Positions 58,965 through 64,000 of a DNA stretch of 64,000 nucleotides are shown here, piece by piece. The notes beneath the pieces are model-generated. The model saw only the letters and a program-made list of their open reading frames with translations, ran no database searches and was not told the DNA's origin. The stretch is from assembly GCA_002269645.1 (NCBI GenBank), contig NIVC01001259.1, positions 160,010 to 224,009 of the forward strand, read 5' to 3'. Numbering within the stretch: position 1 is the stretch's first letter; each line of letters opens with the position of its first letter. The position numbers and the translations under genes are program-made. This stretch comes from Macrostomum lignano. Taxonomy: Eukaryota.

Positions 58965-60437
58965 ATCCCAGATCCTATATCTTAGACCCTAGATCCCCGA
59001 TCCCAAATCCCAGATTATATATCCCTGATCCCTGATCCTAGATTCACGATCCCCGATCCTAGATCTCAAATCCCTGATCCCCGATCCTAGATCTCAAATC
59101 CATGATCCCCGATCCTAGATCCTAGATCTTAGATTCCAGATCCTAGATCTTAGATTCCAGATCCTAAATCCTAGATCCCCGATCCCTGATCTCCGATCCC
59201 TGATCTCCGATCCCTGATCCCCGATCCCTGATCTCCGATCCCTGATCCCCGATCCTAGATCTCAAATCCATGATCCCCGATCCTAGATCCTAGATCTTAG
59301 ATTCCAGATCCTAGATCTTAGATTCCAGATCCTAAATCCTAGATCCCCGATCCCTGATCTCCGATCCCTGATCTCCGATCCCTGATCCCCGATCCCTGAT
59401 CTCCGATCCCTGATCCCCGATCCTAGATCTCAAATCCCTGATCCCCGATCCTAGATCTCAAATCCCTGATCCCCGATCCTAGATCTCAAATCCCTGATCC
59501 CCGATCCTAGATCTCAAATCCCTGATCCCCGATCCTAGATCTCAAATCCCTGATCCCCGATCCTAGATCTCAAATCCCTGATCCCCGATCCTAGATCTCA
59601 AATCCCTGATCCCCGATCCTAGATCTCAAATCCCTGATCCCCGATCCCAGATCCTAAATCCTAGATCCCAGATCCTAGATCCCAGATCCTAGATCCCAGA
59701 TCCTAGATCCCAGATCCTAGATCCCAGATCCTAGATCCCAGATCCTAGATCCCAGATCCTAGATCCCAGATCCTAGATCCCAGATCCCAGATCCTAGATC
59801 CCAGATCCTAGATCCCAGATCCTAGATCCCAGATCCTAGATCCCAGATCCTAGATCCCAGATCCTAGTACCCAGATCCTAGATCCTAGATTCTAGATCCC
59901 AGACCTTAGATCTCAAATCCTAGATCCTAGATCCTAGATCCTAGATCCCAGATCCCAGATCCTAGATCCCAGATCCTAGATCCCAGATCCTAGATCCCAG
60001 ATCCTAGATTCCAGATCCTAGATCCCAGATCCTAGATCCTAGATCCTAGATCCCAGATCCTAGATCCCAGATCCCAGATCCTAGATCCCAGATCCTAGAT
60101 CCCAGATCCTAGATCCTAGATCCCAGATCCTGGATCCCAGATCCTAGATCCTAGATCCCAGATCCCAGATCCTAGATCCTAGATCCCAGATCCCAGATCC
60201 TAGATCCCCGATCCTAGATCTCAAATCCCTGATCTCCGATCCTAGATCCTAGATCTTAGATTCCAGATCCTAGATCCTAGATCCCAGCTCTTAGATCCCA
60301 GATTCCTGATCTTAGATCCCCAATCCCAAATCCTAGATCCCCGATCCTAAATCCCAGATCCTAGGTCCCAGATCCTAAATCCCAGATCCTAGGTCCCAGA
60401 TCCTAAATCCCAGATCCTAGGTCCTAGATCCCAGAGT
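58965..60437. repeat. GATCC-heptamer satellite, complex variant of the 9961-11420 family
   Basis: A core of (agatcccagatcct)n flanked by derived units (gatctca aatccct gatcccc gatccta), ending ~10 bp from the PIGN stop. Confidence 0.95.
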
Positions 60438-60445
60438 CTAGTAAC

Positions 60446-63292
60446 TCAGAGTTGCCGACTCCTCTGGTGCAGCAGCAGCCTAGAAGCAGCTAGCAGAGCC
60501 ACAGACGCTACGGTTGTTGCCATGACAACTACATAGTGCCCGATGCTGGTCCCAATGTCCAGCCAAGAGCCGTGGTCTCGGATTTGCAAGAAGAAATGCA
60601 CGGCCAGAATGTCCGAGAACAGCAGCACCTCCAGCACCAGGAGCGAGCGGGCCAGAATGGCGAATGCCATGCCTACTGTCAGCATGGGCAGTAGTATCTG
60701 CGGGATGAGAAAGGCGATTATTTGGGGTGAGAAGGGCGATTATTTGGGGTGAGAAGGGCGATTATTTGGGGTGAGAAGGGCGATTATTTGGGGTGAGAAG
60801 GGCGATTATTTGGGGTGAGAAGGGCGATTACTCGGGCCAGTTTACTAGCAGTACAAACCCACCTTGATCAGCATCAGAAAGCCCATGGTGAAGGGGCTGA
60901 ACACAGTGATGAAGCAGTACACAGAGGATGTATCAAATCTGAAACAACGAAGGAGATGTCAATGAAGTTTAAACACTGATTTGTGAGATAAGCAAAAAAA
61001 CCAATAAGAGGTAGGTCGCTCACGAGTTGATGCTGGCAATGTTGCCTGTGCCAAAAAATGACAACAGCAACAGGAATACCTGATGCCCTGACAGAGTTAA
61101 GGAAAACTGCGTGGCAATTTATGTTGACAAAGACCTTCAAAGTTGAGTACCCGTATGAAAGTGGGACTGTCACATTTTTTGGTGACAGTCGAAATTGTGA
61201 CACTGCTTGTCACGCTTGTGACAGTCAGTTATTAATGTGACCGTCGATGTGACACTCAAATGTGACACTCAAATAAACTGTCACAGCTGTGACCGTCCAT
61301 GTGACAGTGAAGTACTGTCACCGCTGTGACCGTCTATGTGACACTCAAATACTGTCACCGCTGTGACCGTCGATCTGACACTCAAATGTGACACTCAAAG
61401 AAACTGTTACCAGTGTGACCGTCGATGTGACACTCAAATGTGACACTCGAAGAAACTGTCACCAGTGTGACAGTCGATGTGACACTCAAATGTGACACTC
61501 AGAAAAACTGTCACCAGTGTGACTGTCGATGTGACACTCAAATGTGACACTCGAAGAAACTGTCACCAGTGTGACAGTCGATGTGACACTCAAATGTGAC
61601 ACTCAGAAAAACTGTTACCAGTGTGACCGTCCATGTGACTCGTGTGTTTAGTTGTTTTGAGCAATGGTAAAAAAACTAACAATTTGGTAGAGTAATATTT
61701 CCGATGCATCATTTTTCTATCAAAGGTGGTATGGTTATTAGACATGTTAATTACGTGCCTCAAATTCCGTGCATAATCATCAAGTCAAATAAGTATTTCC
61801 ACGTGTATTGTTATACACATCTGCAATACAATCCACTTATCCAGTCAAGCACGTACATGCACGATATTTCAGGAGCAAACTAATAAATCAATCATAATCA
61901 CTGTTCACTGGCATCCCGCTTAGGAAACAATGTTGTACAACTTGGGTTCACATGACAACACATTGACTGTCACACATGAGACAATGAGACAGTTTTCGAC
62001 TGTCACATGAGTGTCACATCGACGGTCACACTGGTGACAGTTTCTTCGAGTGTCACATTTGAGTGTCACAATGAAGGGTCACATGTGATACAGTCATTTG
62101 AGTGTCACAGAACTGTCACATAGTCAAAATGTGACAGTGCCACTTTTATACGGGGTATCCATGATACACAAACAAAGACCTGAAAGTCAGTGGTCAATAT
62201 AGATAATCCACTAACAAAGACCTGAAAGTTAGAGGTTAATAATCCACTAGCAAAGACCTAAGACTTAGGCAGGAATTCAATTACAAAGACCTGAGGGTCA
62301 GGGGTCAATAACCCACCAACAAAGACCTGAGGGTCAGGGTCAATAACCCACCAACAAAGACCTGAGGGTCAGGGGTTAATAACCCACTAACAAAGACCTG
62401 AGAGCCAGGGGTCAAAACACCATTAGCAAAGACCTGAGAGTAAACGACCAGGGAATGACACCAAATATAACGGCAAGGATACAAAGCAGAGGTTCTGCCG
62501 CAGTCCGCCGCCCAGAGTCCGCAGTCCTCGCTCAACCGCCAGCCGCTCTTTTCCCAGCTTTGCGTCCGCCTCATCGGCGCTACAGTCTCCGTCACTGCCG
62601 TCCGCCAGCGTCATCAGCAGCAGGCATTCAATCCGCGTCCAGGCCTCCAGGAACACGGCCAGGGTCAGCAGGAACAGGCCCTCGTAGCTGATGCACATCA
62701 GTCCGTACACAGGCAGCAGCAGGGCTACGGAAGGTGCCAGGCCGGAGTACCCAGTCGCTGATTGGCTGACAGACACCGGCGAGAGTTGGTCCAGCCAATC
62801 AGAGGGAAGACAGCTGCTAGTAGGCACCCAGCTGGCGGCCTGCAGAACAAGCGGCTTGTCCCGGCGCGTGGTACACGGTGTGGGTGCTCACCGACATCAG
62901 GCCGGCCAGGAGGCACTGTGCGGCCTGCGGCGACCGGGGTGCGCCACTTTGATGCACTTTTGCAATCATTTGTATGTTCCGGCCTTCTTTTGGCCGTCTG
63001 CTTCCTTACACGCTACCTTGCTCTCGCCTAACATGCAGTGTCCCCTCTTTCCACCTTCCATCATTCTCGCATCTTCCTCATTCTCACATCCCTCATTCTC
63101 TCATCTCCATCACTCTCATCTCCCTCATTCTCATCTCCATCACTCTCATCTCCCTCATTCTCGCATCTCCCTCTCTCATACAGACCCCTCCATCTCACAG
63201 CACTCACAGACAGAGGTACAATCAGCTTGGCGTCCGGCTCAGATCTGAGGTAGGCAACAGAGTAGGCCGCTGCAGCAGCAGTGTTCACGGCT
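60446..63292 (-). CDS. PIGN: GPI ethanolamine phosphate transferase 1, 3' partial; one exon frameshifted
   Basis: Exons (-) 63292-63208, 62924-62483 (internal frameshifts), 61079-61024 (VFLLLLSFFGTGNIASINS), 60938-60863 (FDTSSVYCFITVFSPFTMGFLMLIK) and 60697-60446 (SDILAVHFFLQIRDHGSWLDIGTSIGHYVVVM) match the PIGN/Mcd4 C-terminus (FFGTGNIAS, YCF.TVFSPF, GSWLDIGTSISHY). The 5' part lies beyond the window. Confidence 0.92.
60715..60830. repeat. ~23-bp minisatellite in the last PIGN intron
   Basis: gggtgagaagggcgattatttgg repeated ~5 times next to the acceptor. Confidence 0.9.
61150..62155. mobile_element. ~1-kb non-autonomous DNA transposon with TIRs and TA flanks, in a PIGN intron
   Basis: Left ta|cccgtatgaaagtgggactgtcacatttt and right aaaatgtgacagtgccacttttatacgggg|ta; internal ~62-bp gtgacac/gtgtcac subrepeats are mirrored in both arms. 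Confidence 0.8.
62165..62445. repeat. ~36-bp degenerate minisatellite
   Basis: aaagacctgagggtcaggggtcaataacccaccaac-like units. Confidence 0.8.
63055..63175. repeat. Pyrimidine-rich 15/30-bp repeat in a PIGN intron
   Basis: tctcatctccatcac / tctcatctccctcat units. Confidence 0.75.
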
Positions 63293-63429
63293 CTGCAAAG
63301 GCAAAAGGCAAAAGAGTTTAGTTAGATACACAAAAAATCTATAATCCAGTAGTCTATAGCAAGTTTAACAAATAAGATTCGAGGATCTGGACTTTAAATT
63401 GGCATCATCCCAAAATCCCACAGGGCCCA

Positions 63430-64000
63430 ATCCAGCACCGGGAATCACACAGCAGACCCAATTGCAGCACTGGGAGTCACACAGCAGACCCAATTGCAGC
63501 ACTGGGAGTCACACAGCAGACCCAATCCCAGCACCGGGGATCACACAGCAGACCAATCCCAGCACCGGGAGTCACACAGCAGACCCAATCCCAGCACGGG
63601 GATCACACAGCAGACCAATCCAGCAGCGGGGATCACACCAGCAGACCCAATCCCAACATCGGGATCACACAGCAGACCCAATCCAGCACCGGGGATCACA
63701 CAGCAGACCCAATCCCAACATCGGGACAACAGCAGACCAATCCAGCACCGGGGATCACACAGCAGACCCAATCCCAGCACCGGGAGTCACACAGCAGACC
63801 CAATCCAGCACGGGATCACACAGCAGACCCAATCCCAGCAGCGGGGATCACACAGCAGACCCAAATCCCAACATCGGGGATCACACAGCAGACCCAATCC
63901 CAGCACCGGCGGATCACACAGCAGACCCAATCCCAACATCGGGATCACACAGCAGACCCAATCCAGCACCGGGGATCACACAGCAGACCCAATCCCAGCA
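63430..64000. repeat. ~33-bp minisatellite running off the window end
   Basis: cacacagcagacccaatcccagcaccggggat units with many 1-bp indels. Confidence 0.9.

Overview
Animal genomic DNA, not prokaryotic. The GC-rich spliced exons, polyQ/polyA tracts and introns packed with private minisatellites suggest a Macrostomum-like free-living flatworm; the organism is an inference. Six genes can be reconstructed by hand from splice sites: (1) DNAJC5/cysteine string protein (+, 860-4570); (2) a Kv3/Shaw K+ channel (-, 24565 down to 11519 or 8348) with alternative C-termini and an atypical S3-S4 paddle; (3) a ~839-aa chromatin protein (-, 31062-26730) with an ARID5B-type BAH N-terminus and three AT-hooks but no visible ARID domain; (4) an intronless, divergent TALE homeobox gene (+, 47877-48338); (5) an intronless neuropeptide precursor (-, 53593-53147) predicted to yield one 34-aa ...NIMRY-amide, resembling spiralian NKY; (6) the 3' part of PIGN (-, 63292-60446) with internal frameshifts. 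The rest is ~30 tandem arrays, two Penelope-like retroelement remnants (one with a hammerhead-like motif), two inverted copies of a tRNA-derived SINE, several TIR/foldback elements and sharply bounded CpG-free domains. The longest ORFs in the supplied track are mostly repeat artefacts. All coordinates and alignments were done by eye, and protein comparisons rely on recalled reference sequences rather than database searches.
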